Origin: Synergistaceae bacterium
Lineage (GTDB): Bacteria > Synergistota > Synergistia > Synergistales > Aminobacteriaceae
Length of the DNA stretch: 64,000 nucleotides
Direction: 5' to 3'
NCBI GenBank assembly: GCA_018436595.1
Contig: JAHDLC010000012.1
Span: forward strand, 26,953-90,952
Part shown: positions 20,110-29,906 of the stretch, in pieces
Layout: every line of letters begins with the position of its first letter
How positions within the stretch are numbered: position 1 is the stretch's first letter
Made by a program: the position numbers and the translations under genes
The notes under the pieces: generated by a model
What the model was told of the DNA's origin: nothing
The model's input: only the letters and a program-made list of their open reading frames with translations
The model's database searches: none

Positions 20110-21501
20110 CTACTTCATCCTGACGCCGATGCCCCGCTCCTCGTCCGTTCCGGGGACAAGGGAGTCGCAGAAGGCCGCGCAGATGCCCGCCACTGCCATG
20201 GGGGTCTTCAGGATGGCCCAGATCATGCCGCCGATTGTCTGCAGGAAGGGATTGTAGTCAGGGTTCATGAAGAACGCCTGGTTCTGCTCGATCCACCCGG
20301 GAAGACCCATGGCCATGAGGAACGAGAATCCCACGATGAGGACGTTCCGCTGGCTTCCCATGTCGGCCCGCATGAGTACCTGGATTCCCAGGGCGCCGAT
20401 GGTGCCGAAGAGGGCGATGTAGGCGCCGCCGATGACGGGCGACGGCATGGTGGCAACCAGGGCACCGAGCTTCGTGACGAAGCTCATGAGAATGAGGATG
20501 ATGGCTCCGGTGCGGACCACCCAGCGGGAAGCCACGCCGGTAAGGCCGATGAGACCGATGTTCTCCGTGTAGGAGGTGGTTCCCACCGATCCGAAGAGGC
20601 CGGACAGGGCGCAGTTGAGCCCTTCGGCGCCTATGCCCCGGCTGATGGTCGCCTCGTCGGGATCATCGAGTCCCGAAGCGTAAGAAACGGAGTGGTAGTC
20701 ACCCACCGATTCGATCATGACGGCAAAGAACCCGGCGAGCAGGGCACCGAAGGCCAGCATGCTGAACTTGGGGGCGCCCCAGGGCATGATCACGTTATAG
20801 CGGAACCACGGCGCCTCGGCGACCTTGCCCAGGTCAACGTGGGCGGGGTGGCCGGCGGGGAATATTCCCGCCCTGCTCAGCCCCAGGCAGACGAGGTAGG
20901 TCAGCACGATGGAGGAGAGAATGGCGAAGATGTTGGCGTACTTGTTCTTGCTCACGAGGCTGAAGATGAAGATGAGGGCCACCACCATGAGGGAGATGGG
21001 CCAGTAGTTCGCCGCGTTGAACTGGATGGCCGTGGGGGCCAGAGAAAAGCCTATGGCCATGATGACGGGGCCGATGACCACGGGCGTGATGATCTTCCTG
21101 ATGTAGCCGATGATCCCGGTGTAGCCTATCACCGAGAGGATGATGCCGCCCAGGATGAGACCTCCGCCCATGTACTGCATGACCACGTCGGGCCCCATGG
21201 CCTTGTAGGCCCCGATGATGGTCATTACCGACGGGATGAAGCTGAAGCTCGATCCCTGGACGATGGGAAGGCCGGTGCCGAACTTCGGGTGGGTCTGGAT
21301 GAGGGTGGCCACGCCCATCCCGAAGTAAACGCACGAAATCAGGGCGGCGATCTGGAGCTGGTCCATCCCCATGGCGGGGCCGAAGATCAGGGGAACGAGC
21401 GTTGTGGCGCCGAACAGGGTCAGAACGTGCTGGGCGCCCGCGAGGACCATGATGGGGAACGGGGGCCTGTCGAGCAATCCGTAGACTACTTTCTTTGCCA
21501 T
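20110..21501 (-). CDS. NCS2 (uracil/xanthine/urate) permease
   Basis: QHVL motif, PIVQGSSFSF, ESVGD, NCS2 signature TSYTENIGLIGLTG; AGGAGG RBS. Confidence 0.9.
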   Translation of the reverse strand: MAKKVVYGLLDRPPFPIMVLAGAQHVLTLFGATTLVPLIFGPAMGMDQLQIAALISCVYFGMGVATLIQTHPKFGTGLPIVQGSSFSFIPSVMTIIGAYKAMGPDVVMQYMGGGLILGGIILSVIGYTGIIGYIRKIITPVVIGPVIMAIGFSLAPTAIQFNAANYWPISLMVVALIFIFSLVSKNKYANIFAILSSIVLTYLVCLGLSRAGIFPAGHPAHVDLGKVAEAPWFRYNVIMPWGAPKFSMLAFGALLAGFFAVMIESVGDYHSVSYASGLDDPDEATISRGIGAEGLNCALSGLFGSVGTTSYTENIGLIGLTGVASRWVVRTGAIILILMSFVTKLGALVATMPSPVIGGAYIALFGTIGALGIQVLMRADMGSQRNVLIVGFSFLMAMGLPGWIEQNQAFFMNPDYNPFLQTIGGMIWAILKTPMAVAGICAAFCDSLVPGTDEERGIGVRMK

Positions 21502-21611
21502 TGGCGAAAACACCTCCTGTAAGTTAGGTATTCCTTCGAACGAACTTCAGTTTCTTCCCGGCGCACGGGAAATGCTTCACCACACCTCCTTTCGCGGAGA
21601 GTGTCAGTACC

Positions 21612-22991
21612 TCACATTTCGGGACCGTCATCCCCCGAGGCGAGGAAATGGTTGACCAGCAGGTTCATGAGGACACCCACGGTAACGGCTATGAACACGT
21701 TGTTGTTCACGTACATCCTCCAGAAGGGAGTCAGCGTGGCCACCCACTTGGCCCCGGCCGTGCTCGCGTAGAAAGGAAGCATGATGGCCATGCCGAGGGC
21801 CGTACCGGCCACGAGGTTATTTTTGAGATTCCGCTTCTCAGAGGTGATCACGTCAACGCCGGAGAACATGATGAGGCTTGCGCTGATGGCGAAAACCCCG
21901 CCGATGGCCGCCCTGGGAATTGAAGCGAGCATGACGGCGAGTTTCGGTGACAGGCCGTACAGGAGGAACATCACCGCGGCCACCTGGGTGACGAACCTGC
22001 TGGCGATCCCCGTGGCGGCTATGATGCCGATGTTCTGGGTGTAGCTCGTGACAGGCAGGGCCCCAAGAAAACCGCTGACCATGCACCCGGCACCTTCGGC
22101 GGCGATCCCCCGATTGATGTGCTTCACCCTGTACTTCTCGCCGGAAACGGCGCAGGTTGCGGCGTAGTCGCCAAGAGACTCGAAGATCGAGCCGATGTAC
22201 CCCGTGAGCCCCCCGATGATTGCAGCCACGACAAAGGTCACGGCATTGCCGGTGCCGTCAAGGCCCCTGAAGGGGAAAAGCTTCGGCATGGCGAACCAGG
22301 GAGCCTCGGCCACCCTAGCCCAGTCATATTCCCCGAGAAAAGTCGCCGCCGCCACCCCGACGAGGAGGGTGGACACGAGGATAAATCCTCTGGACAGGAT
22401 CCCCCTGCACCGGAACTTGAGAAAGAGGGCAACCAGGAAGGCTACGAGGGCGAGGATCAGGTGAAGCTGCTTGCCGCTGCCGAAGATCCACGTGAGGGAG
22501 ATCCTTGCGGCGACAAAGCCGATGGTGGCCACCACGGAACCGGTCACTACGGGAGGGATGAATTTCCTGATCTTTCCGAGCACCCTCGAGAATCCGAGCA
22601 GGGTTTCCAGCAGGCCGCCCACGAGCACCGATCCCCACATGGCGGTGAAGCCGTACATGGCAGTCACGGGCCCCATGGCGGAGAGCACAGAAGCGGACGG
22701 TCCCTGGACGATGGGAAGTCTGTTTCCCACTGTAGTCTGGATAAGTGTACCCACGCCCATGGCGAGGAAGCATGTGCTGATCATGACGGGCAGCACGTTC
22801 TCGGGAAGCCCCGCAAGGGTGACGAACATTCCTGCCCAGATGAAGGGGGTGAAATCAACCAGGGTCACCTGCCAGGCGTAAAACAGGGTTTCGAGAAAGG
22901 TCTTCGGCCGGTCCTCGATGCCGAGAACCGGCTTGATGGAACTGACCACTTCCTGTTCAAATACGAGCTGTTCCGGATCATAGGAAGCCAT
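21612..22991 (-). CDS. NCS2 family nucleobase permease (second, divergent)
   Basis: RLPIVQGPS, ESLGD, TSYTQNIGIIAATG; QV replaces the usual QH in TM1. Confidence 0.87.
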   Translation of the reverse strand: MASYDPEQLVFEQEVVSSIKPVLGIEDRPKTFLETLFYAWQVTLVDFTPFIWAGMFVTLAGLPENVLPVMISTCFLAMGVGTLIQTTVGNRLPIVQGPSASVLSAMGPVTAMYGFTAMWGSVLVGGLLETLLGFSRVLGKIRKFIPPVVTGSVVATIGFVAARISLTWIFGSGKQLHLILALVAFLVALFLKFRCRGILSRGFILVSTLLVGVAAATFLGEYDWARVAEAPWFAMPKLFPFRGLDGTGNAVTFVVAAIIGGLTGYIGSIFESLGDYAATCAVSGEKYRVKHINRGIAAEGAGCMVSGFLGALPVTSYTQNIGIIAATGIASRFVTQVAAVMFLLYGLSPKLAVMLASIPRAAIGGVFAISASLIMFSGVDVITSEKRNLKNNLVAGTALGMAIMLPFYASTAGAKWVATLTPFWRMYVNNNVFIAVTVGVLMNLLVNHFLASGDDGPEM

Positions 22992-23092
22992 TCTCTCTTT
23001 TCCTCCTTGCTATTTTTTCGTTGGCCCCGGCTGACCGGGCAGAGCCAGGATCCGGGAGAAGAAGCCACCGGGGGACCCTTCGCATCGAAATC

Positions 23093-25033
23093 TTACAATG
23101 TTTCCGGCCATCTCCCCTTCCGGAGATATTCCGCGATGTCCTGAGCGCCGATTTCCATCAGCCCTTCGGGGGTCTGGAGGCCCGTTTCAGGGTCCCATCC
23201 CCGTTCGCGGTAGAATTCATCAAGCATCCCGTCAAAGGACAACCTGTCCATCACCGCCCCGGCATAGGGACCGAAGGTGAGGGGTTCTTCCATGACCCGT
23301 TGGGGCAGAATGTCATCTTTCCTGCCGAACCCCGCGTGGACCGTATTGAAGGCTTTCTCCGCCTCCACGATCCACCGCCCCCTTTTCCACAGCTCTTCAG
23401 GGGTGAGCCCTTCGCAGCCGAAGGCCCCCAGGGCCCGGGACAGGGGTCCAATGTCCGCCAATGCAGGATCATACCATCCGGAAGTGAAATAGCACATCCC
23501 CACCGAGTCAACGATGGCCTTGTAAACTTCGTACCAGGCGACGAGCTTTCCCTTTCCCTTGCAGGAACCGGGAACTCCCGCATCTTCGTTGTCGAAGAGC
23601 CATTTTCCGGTCCAAGGGGGAATCTGCCGGTTTTCCGTCTGGGGGGATCCGTTGAGGTGTCCTCCCCCCCTGGCGCTGACCGCCATACCGAAGCCCCATG
23701 CCTTGTGGGACCGGACCCCCTGTTCGTTCAGACCGACGCCCTTGACGTGCATGGCGAACCGTTCGCTGCCCCGGCCCACAGTCTTCGCCGCCTCGAAAAC
23801 ACCTTCACCGAGAAGCCGGCCGAATCCCTTCCGCTCCGCGATCATTCCGATCAGGGCAAGGATCGCTTCACCGCTTCCCCAGCGGAGTTCCAGGCCGTCA
23901 GTATCCCCTGGGCCGAGGATCCCCCGCTCGAAACACTCGATGGCCCAACCCACTGCGGCGGCCACCCCGTCCACGTCAAGGCCCGACTCGTTGCAAAGCC
24001 TGTGGGCCTCGAGGAGAGCTGCCGGATCGTCCAGGTCGAGGTTGGATCCCAGGCCCCGGACCGAGTTGGCATGCATACCCTCCACCTCGATCCTCTCCCC
24101 GTCCCGTTCCGTTTCGTAGAGGTGGAGGCAGGAGAGGGGGCAATTCCAGCAGGCGGTCCGTTTCTTTTCAAGGGGACGGAAGGCCGCCTCGTTGATGCGG
24201 GCGGATTTTTCGCCGTCCCAGAATTCCTCCTGGAGATTCCTCACGGAAGTGGGGACTTTTCCGCTCCATCCGCCCACTCCGGCCATTCCGTGGGTTCCCC
24301 CGGTCCGAAGGGCGGCCGATGCGGATGACGCCCGAAGAACCCAGGAATATCTCCGGCTCTCCTCCAGGAAGGCATCCCCGTCTGCGGCGGCGGGATAAAC
24401 CCTGCCGGAGGCGGCCACCGCCTTAAGGTTCTTGAATCCCATGACGGCGCCGGAACCTCCCCACGCCAAGGCGTGGGCTTTGCCGATCATGACGCAGGAC
24501 ACGCCGGCAAGCCGTTCCCCCGCGATGCCGATGGAGGCCGTTTCGGCCCCTGGATCGCCGGTCACTCTCCGGACCGCGTCCGCCGCGGCGGAGACGGAAA
24601 GACCCCAAAGATCCGAACCGTCCCGTATTTCCACCTGACCGTCCTTCAGAAGTATCCAGCAGGGAGAGGAAGATCGTCCCGACACCACCAGGGCGTCGAA
24701 CCCGGCCTGCCGGAACTTCGGCCCAAGGTTCCCGCCTCCGCTGGAGGTTGATATGCCTCCGGTCAGAACGTTTTTCGTCACCAGTGCGATCCGGGAACTT
24801 CCAGGAAAGGAGGTCCCGGTCAGGCTTCCCGCCGCGAATACGAGAAGGTTTTCTGCGGACAGGGGATCCGTCCCGGGGGTGACGCCCCGGAGAAGCTCGA
24901 ATACACCGAATCCGCGACCACCGATATTTCCGTAGAAATCAGGAGTGTCGCGGATTTCCACCCTCCGCTCCGTCAGGTCCACCCGGGCGACTCTTCCCGT
25001 TTTAGCTTCCGGCACATCCGTCACATCCTTCAT
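23093..25033 (-). CDS. Aldehyde:ferredoxin oxidoreductase (AOR) family tungsten/molybdopterin enzyme, atypical active site
   Basis: RVDL..GGRG, DPLSAEN, AGFDA, GAVMGFKNLKA, CWNCPLSC, GLD, DSVGMCYF, RGWD; start may lie a few codons downstream. Confidence 0.88.
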   Translation of the reverse strand: MKDVTDVPEAKTGRVARVDLTERRVEIRDTPDFYGNIGGRGFGVFELLRGVTPGTDPLSAENLLVFAAGSLTGTSFPGSSRIALVTKNVLTGGISTSSGGGNLGPKFRQAGFDALVVSGRSSSPCWILLKDGQVEIRDGSDLWGLSVSAAADAVRRVTGDPGAETASIGIAGERLAGVSCVMIGKAHALAWGGSGAVMGFKNLKAVAASGRVYPAAADGDAFLEESRRYSWVLRASSASAALRTGGTHGMAGVGGWSGKVPTSVRNLQEEFWDGEKSARINEAAFRPLEKKRTACWNCPLSCLHLYETERDGERIEVEGMHANSVRGLGSNLDLDDPAALLEAHRLCNESGLDVDGVAAAVGWAIECFERGILGPGDTDGLELRWGSGEAILALIGMIAERKGFGRLLGEGVFEAAKTVGRGSERFAMHVKGVGLNEQGVRSHKAWGFGMAVSARGGGHLNGSPQTENRQIPPWTGKWLFDNEDAGVPGSCKGKGKLVAWYEVYKAIVDSVGMCYFTSGWYDPALADIGPLSRALGAFGCEGLTPEELWKRGRWIVEAEKAFNTVHAGFGRKDDILPQRVMEEPLTFGPYAGAVMDRLSFDGMLDEFYRERGWDPETGLQTPEGLMEIGAQDIAEYLRKGRWPETL

Positions 25034-25132
25034 ACTGTCGCTCTTTTTCTGTCTTCAATAAGTTCCGGGTGCAACCGGACGGTTTTGGGCGACCGGTTGC
25101 ACAAAAAAGATTCTATCACAGGCCCAGGAGAA

Positions 25133-27550
25133 TTACTTCCACTCCTTTATGGCGTTCTTGTACGACTGCTCCAGGGCGTAGGGATATTCCCAGAGGTCCG
25201 TTTCCCCCTTTTTCTTCGCCTGGATGGCCTTGTAGACCCGCTCCCTGCCGAGGGGATAGCTGTGGATCCTTATTCCCAGGGCATCAAAGAGGGCGTTGTC
25301 CATGGCGGGTGCGGGAGAGATCATGGAATGCTCGCCCACCCCCCTGTTGCCGTAGGGGGAAAGCTCCTCGGGGGTCTCCTCCCAGAAGGCGTCCAGGTCA
25401 GGAGGGACATCCAGAGCGGTGGCTATCTTGTAGTCCGTGAAATCGGGGGTAAGGAGTTTGCCGTGCTCGTCGTAGTACATGCCCTCCATGAGCCCCGCCG
25501 ATATGCCCTGGACGGTACCTCCCTCGATCTGTCCCTTCACGTTCACAGGCGAAATGGCCTTCCCCACGTCGTACCCCGCGGAGACCTTGTTCACCTCCAC
25601 GGCGCCGGTGGCCGGGTCCACTTCCACGTCGATGCCCACGGCGCCCACGGTGAAGTGGACCACGCTCTTGGGAGACTGCCCCGTTTCGGCGTCGGGATAG
25701 ATCACATCCGGCGGCACGAAGCTGCCCGTACCAATCACCGGGCCGCCCTTGTAGTTCCCGTCGGGCATGGGGAATCCGCTCTGGATATGTTCGTCAATGG
25801 GTTCCGCCTTGCCCTTTTTCCTGCATTTCACGATGCCATGCTCGATGGTGATGCTCTCGGGCTCCACCTGCCAGTACTCGGCGTACAGGGCGAGGAGTTT
25901 CTGTCGTGCGTCGGACGCCGCGCGCTTCACCGCCATGCCCATGGACCAGCAGGAGCGGCTGGCCACCGTCTGCCAGTCGTAGGGGTGACTCTGGGTGTCA
26001 GGGTAGGGGCACCTGATCTTTTCGATAGGAATGCCCAGTTCTTCGGAGACCATCTGCGAATAGGCGGTATAGGCCCCCTGCCCCATATCCATGGTGGCGG
26101 CGAGGACTTCCACCGTACCGTCCCCCAGAATCTTGACTATGGCGGAGGACGCCGCGTCCGCCGGCATGGCTGGAGCCTTCAGAGCGAGGGCGAAGCCCTT
26201 GCCCCGGACCCATCCTTTCCGGGTGGCGGGTTCCTTTTCGTTGAGCCTGATCCGGTCCACCACCTTGCCCACGATGGTGTCGAGGGCGTGGTTGTTCATG
26301 GGCATGCCCGTACATGTGGGCAGGCCGGGTTTCAGGATGTTCTTCAGCCGGAACTCGATGGGGTCCATGCCGACTTTTCTCGCGGCGATATCGATGACAA
26401 CTTCCATGGCGCCCATGAGCTCCGGAAGACCGAACCCCCGGTAGGCGCCGCCGAAGGGCTTGTTGGTGTAGACGGCGTAGCTGTCGGTCCAGACGTTGGG
26501 AATGTAGTAGCAGCCCGTGGAGGAATAGCCTGCGCTCCGGACGGGATTCGCCCCGTACTCGGCGGAAATGCCGGTGTCGAAGTAGAAGGTGTTCCGGATG
26601 GCGATGATTTTTCCGTCTTTGTCGATGCCAAGCTTGATCTTCGCCACATAGGCCTGGCGCACCCAGGATGTGAGGAGCACTTCCTCCCTGGGGATGTAGA
26701 GCTTCACCGGTCTGCCCCGGACGTCCGGGTTCATGGCCCCGGCGAGGCAGAGGGCCTCCACGGTCATGCCGGCCTTTCCGCCGAAACCTCCCCCGATGGG
26801 AGGGGCGATGACTCTGATTTTGCTCAGGGGATATTTCAGTCCCTTGGACACTATATCCCGGAGGGCGAAGGCCGACTGGGCGGTGGACCAGATCGTCAGG
26901 TCGCCCGTGGCGGGGTCTTCCCTGCAGATGCAGCAGTGGGGCTCGAGGAAGCCGTGGGCGATCTGCGGGCAGTTCACCGCTTCTTCCACGATGTATTCCG
27001 CCTCGGAGAAGGCCTTGTCCACGTCGCCCCTGCGGATACGGAACCAGTTGCCGATGTTCGTTCCGGGGAAGGGGGTGATGAAGTCCACGTGGTCGTAGGT
27101 TTCCAGTTCCGGATGCACCAGGACCGAGTTGTCCGTGGCGGCCTTGACGGGGTCGAAGATGGGGGGCAGCTCCCGGTATTTGGCGGTGACCTTGAGCATC
27201 CCCTCCTCCGCCGCCTCTTCGGACTCCGCGATCACGAGAGCCACCGGTTCGCCCATGTAGCGGACCTTGCCGATGGCCATGGGGGTGCGGTCCATGAGGT
27301 AGAGGCCGAAGCGGTGGACAAAATCCTTTCCGGTAACCACCTTGACGACGCCCTTTACCTTGAGGGCTTCGGAAAAGTCGATGGACAGGATCTCACCGTG
27401 GGCCACCGTGGAGCGGACCGCTCTCGCGTGGAGCAGCTCCGGCCCGAAACGGAGGTCATCAGTAAAGGCCAGGGTCCCCGCTGCCTTTTCAACATCGTAT
27501 TTTCTCTCGGTCCACGCTCCGATGCCGTTTTTCGTCACGGTCTGTTTCAT
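25133..27550 (-). CDS. Xanthine dehydrogenase family molybdopterin-binding subunit
   Basis: FLEPH, GGGFGGK, YRGFG, DMGQG, TVASRS, GQIEGG..QG, GVGE. Confidence 0.92.
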   Translation of the reverse strand: MKQTVTKNGIGAWTERKYDVEKAAGTLAFTDDLRFGPELLHARAVRSTVAHGEILSIDFSEALKVKGVVKVVTGKDFVHRFGLYLMDRTPMAIGKVRYMGEPVALVIAESEEAAEEGMLKVTAKYRELPPIFDPVKAATDNSVLVHPELETYDHVDFITPFPGTNIGNWFRIRRGDVDKAFSEAEYIVEEAVNCPQIAHGFLEPHCCICREDPATGDLTIWSTAQSAFALRDIVSKGLKYPLSKIRVIAPPIGGGFGGKAGMTVEALCLAGAMNPDVRGRPVKLYIPREEVLLTSWVRQAYVAKIKLGIDKDGKIIAIRNTFYFDTGISAEYGANPVRSAGYSSTGCYYIPNVWTDSYAVYTNKPFGGAYRGFGLPELMGAMEVVIDIAARKVGMDPIEFRLKNILKPGLPTCTGMPMNNHALDTIVGKVVDRIRLNEKEPATRKGWVRGKGFALALKAPAMPADAASSAIVKILGDGTVEVLAATMDMGQGAYTAYSQMVSEELGIPIEKIRCPYPDTQSHPYDWQTVASRSCWSMGMAVKRAASDARQKLLALYAEYWQVEPESITIEHGIVKCRKKGKAEPIDEHIQSGFPMPDGNYKGGPVIGTGSFVPPDVIYPDAETGQSPKSVVHFTVGAVGIDVEVDPATGAVEVNKVSAGYDVGKAISPVNVKGQIEGGTVQGISAGLMEGMYYDEHGKLLTPDFTDYKIATALDVPPDLDAFWEETPEELSPYGNRGVGEHSMISPAPAMDNALFDALGIRIHSYPLGRERVYKAIQAKKKGETDLWEYPYALEQSYKNAIKEWK

Positions 27551-27565
27551 GGCTGACACCTCCCG

Positions 27566-28063
27566 TCACCGCGCCCTGCCGGGGATGTGCCCCAGCTCGC
27601 GCATGACCGCGGCGGCTTTGTGAACCGCCCTGAAGATGGGGATGTACCCCGTGCACCGGCACAGGTTTCCCGCGAGGGCGACCCGGATTTCCTCTTCCGT
27701 GGGGTCCGGGGTCTTCCGGAGAAAGGCGTAAGCCGACATGATCATCCCCGGGGTGCAGAAACCGCACTGGATGGCTCCCTCGTCCACGAAAGCCTGCTGG
27801 ATGGGATGAAGCTCGCCCTTCGGGCCCACAAGCCCCTCCACCGTCAGGACGGATTTCCCTTCAGCCTCGAGGGCGAGGACCATGCAGGATTTCTGGGCCA
27901 GGTCGTCGATCACCACGGTGCAGGTGCCGCACTCGCCTTCTTCACAGCCCCGCTTGACGCTGGTGACGCCGTATTCCCGGAGCGCCCGGAGAAGGGTCGT
28001 CCGGGGTTCCACCGAAAAGGTCACCGGTTTGCCGTTGAGTATGAAGTGAACGTCTCTTTTCAT
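27566..28063 (-). CDS. Xanthine dehydrogenase family 2Fe-2S subunit
   Basis: CEEGECGTC, QCGFCTPG, GNLCRCTGY. Confidence 0.95.
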   Translation of the reverse strand: MKRDVHFILNGKPVTFSVEPRTTLLRALREYGVTSVKRGCEEGECGTCTVVIDDLAQKSCMVLALEAEGKSVLTVEGLVGPKGELHPIQQAFVDEGAIQCGFCTPGMIMSAYAFLRKTPDPTEEEIRVALAGNLCRCTGYIPIFRAVHKAAAVMRELGHIPGRAR

Positions 28064-28938
28064 GATGCCCTTCCTCCCTGGAGCCTCTCCGCGCAGAGAG
28101 CGACCGCCCGTTTCGTCAGCTCGTCCACCATGGAGAGCCGGTATTCCCGTGACGCCCGGACGTCGGTGATGGGGTTGGAAGCCTCGGCGGCGGCCTTCCC
28201 CGCCCGGTCAAGAAGATCATCGCCGGGGGCTGTGACCCCCTCAAGGATCTTCTCCGCTCCGGTCGCCCGGACCGGCCTGGGGGCCACCGCCCCGCAGGCG
28301 ATTCTGTAGGTCCTTCCTGCCTCTCCGTCTACGGCGAGGCAGGCCACTCCGACCTGGGCGAGGTCGAGAGCGTTTCGCCGGGCGAGCTTGAGATAGCATC
28401 CGGCACTTCTCTCCCCCGGGAATGGAAGGGTAGCGGAAACCACGATCTCGCCCGGCATGAGGCTGTTCTTCCTCGGCCCCGTAATGAAGTCGGAGAAGAA
28501 AATGTCCCGTTCGCCGCCGGGGCCGAAGACATGGAGCACCGCCTCGTGGACGGCAAAGGCGGGAATCAGGTCCCCGGAGGGGACAGAAGCGCAGATGTTG
28601 CCGAGCACGGTGGCCTTGTTCCGTATCAGGACGTCGGAATGGGAAAGACAGGCATCCCGAAGCGCCGGATAGCAGCGCTTCACGTCCTCGTTCTCTGCCG
28701 TCTCGTTTACCGTGGCGAGAGCGCCGATCTTGATGCCCCGATGAGGGTAGAAGGAGATTCCCTTCAATTCGGGTATTTCCGAAAGATCCACCAGCACTTC
28801 GGGATGCACTGCATGTTTTCGCATCCAGACGAGGACATCCGTTCCCCCCGCCTTCACCATGGCCTGTGAACCGTGCTTCTCCAGGATCTCCGCAGCGGAG
28901 GCGAGAGACCTGGGCCGCTCCATTTCAAAAGCCAGCAC
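28060..28938 (-). CDS. Xanthine dehydrogenase family FAD-binding subunit
   Basis: AGGTD, IGA, RNKATVLGN, P.GD; GTG 28938 with GGAGG RBS (track N-terminal extension rejected). Confidence 0.92.
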   Translation of the reverse strand: MLAFEMERPRSLASAAEILEKHGSQAMVKAGGTDVLVWMRKHAVHPEVLVDLSEIPELKGISFYPHRGIKIGALATVNETAENEDVKRCYPALRDACLSHSDVLIRNKATVLGNICASVPSGDLIPAFAVHEAVLHVFGPGGERDIFFSDFITGPRKNSLMPGEIVVSATLPFPGERSAGCYLKLARRNALDLAQVGVACLAVDGEAGRTYRIACGAVAPRPVRATGAEKILEGVTAPGDDLLDRAGKAAAEASNPITDVRASREYRLSMVDELTKRAVALCAERLQGGRAS

Positions 28939-29057
28939 GAATACCACCTCCCGAAAAGACACAGGCGAACGGCACGGCACAGGGAATGCCGCCGCAGCGG
29001 CCGCCTGCCCTATGGAAAAAGGGCGTCCCTTCAAAAGGGACGCCCGAAAGAACCGGA

Positions 29058-29861
29058 TTATTCCTCTGCGAAAGCGACGATGCGGGAGATGCAGGATTCC
29101 CCGCCGACGAAGCGCCAGGGGAAGCAGCCGATGGTGACGCGCTTGCCGCTGACGAGGTCGATGTCTCCCGCCACGCACTCGGCGTGGATCAGGTTGCTCG
29201 GGAAGAGGGCAATGTGCATCACCTGGTAGTCCTCTTCAGGGAAGAAGTCGTCGAGGCCCTTGCCGTACTTCTTCTTCAGGTGGGCGTCGGCCTGCCTGGC
29301 CTGGACGGGCATCCACTCGCGGATCTTGGTGTTCATGGGGTGGTCAGCGGAGCCGCAGTCCACGCCGATCCACTTGAACTTTCTCTTGAGGGCCCACGTG
29401 GCGAACTCCCTGGTGGGTCCGGGGTGCTTCACCATGTACCGGACTTCGTCCGCCTCGGGCTCGTTCCAGCCATACCGGTGGTAGCCGGTGTTGATGATGA
29501 GGATGTCGCCGTCATGGATGTCCGCCCGGTCCTCGAGGTCCTTGGGGGTGTAGATGCCGTAGTCCTCGGCGATGTCCTTGATATCCACCACGACGCCGGG
29601 TCCCACGAGGAAATCCTTCAGGGGCAGGCTGGCGATGTCGCCGCCGTGGCCGCAGAAGTGGATGGGCCCGTCGAGGTGGGTCCCCACGTGGTTGGAGTGG
29701 GTGACAAGCTGCCCGTTGGCTCCGTTGGGGGCCAGGCGCTTGAAGTATTTCACCTGCAGGGGTTCATAGGTGGGCCAGGGCGGAGTCTGCACGCCGATGG
29801 GAATGGTGAGGTCATACACCTTGATGTTGCTCCAGTTCTTCAGTTCGAGACTATTGCTCAT
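29058..29861 (-). CDS. Cyclase-family metal-dependent amidohydrolase (kynurenine formamidase/isatin hydrolase-like)
   Basis: YDLT, HVGTHLDGPIH (HxGTHxDxPxH), GDILIINTG, GVD..SAD, HIALF. Confidence 0.88.
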   Translation of the reverse strand: MSNSLELKNWSNIKVYDLTIPIGVQTPPWPTYEPLQVKYFKRLAPNGANGQLVTHSNHVGTHLDGPIHFCGHGGDIASLPLKDFLVGPGVVVDIKDIAEDYGIYTPKDLEDRADIHDGDILIINTGYHRYGWNEPEADEVRYMVKHPGPTREFATWALKRKFKWIGVDCGSADHPMNTKIREWMPVQARQADAHLKKKYGKGLDDFFPEEDYQVMHIALFPSNLIHAECVAGDIDLVSGKRVTIGCFPWRFVGGESCISRIVAFAEE

Positions 29862-29906
29862 TCAAAAGCGCCTCCTTTGAGATTGAATCAATCCAGTCTT
29901 CCCGGG

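Noticed and set aside
21500-23090. Purine riboswitch upstream of the NCS2 permeases
   Set aside because: No match to the purine aptamer core; intergenic gaps are short and internal to the operon
25085-27556. Very long antisense ORFs (e.g. 25085-27556, 28866-31283, 10435-12330, 17547-19334, 60463-62193)
   Set aside because: Shadow frames of GC-rich genes with no motifs; the opposite strand carries clear protein families
8446-29178. Long N-terminal extensions in the ORF track for xylB (8446), nadE (12546), Ldh2 (14672) and XDH FAD subunit (29178)
   Set aside because: Extensions overlap neighbours or intergenic DNA; family homology and RBS begin at the downstream starts given
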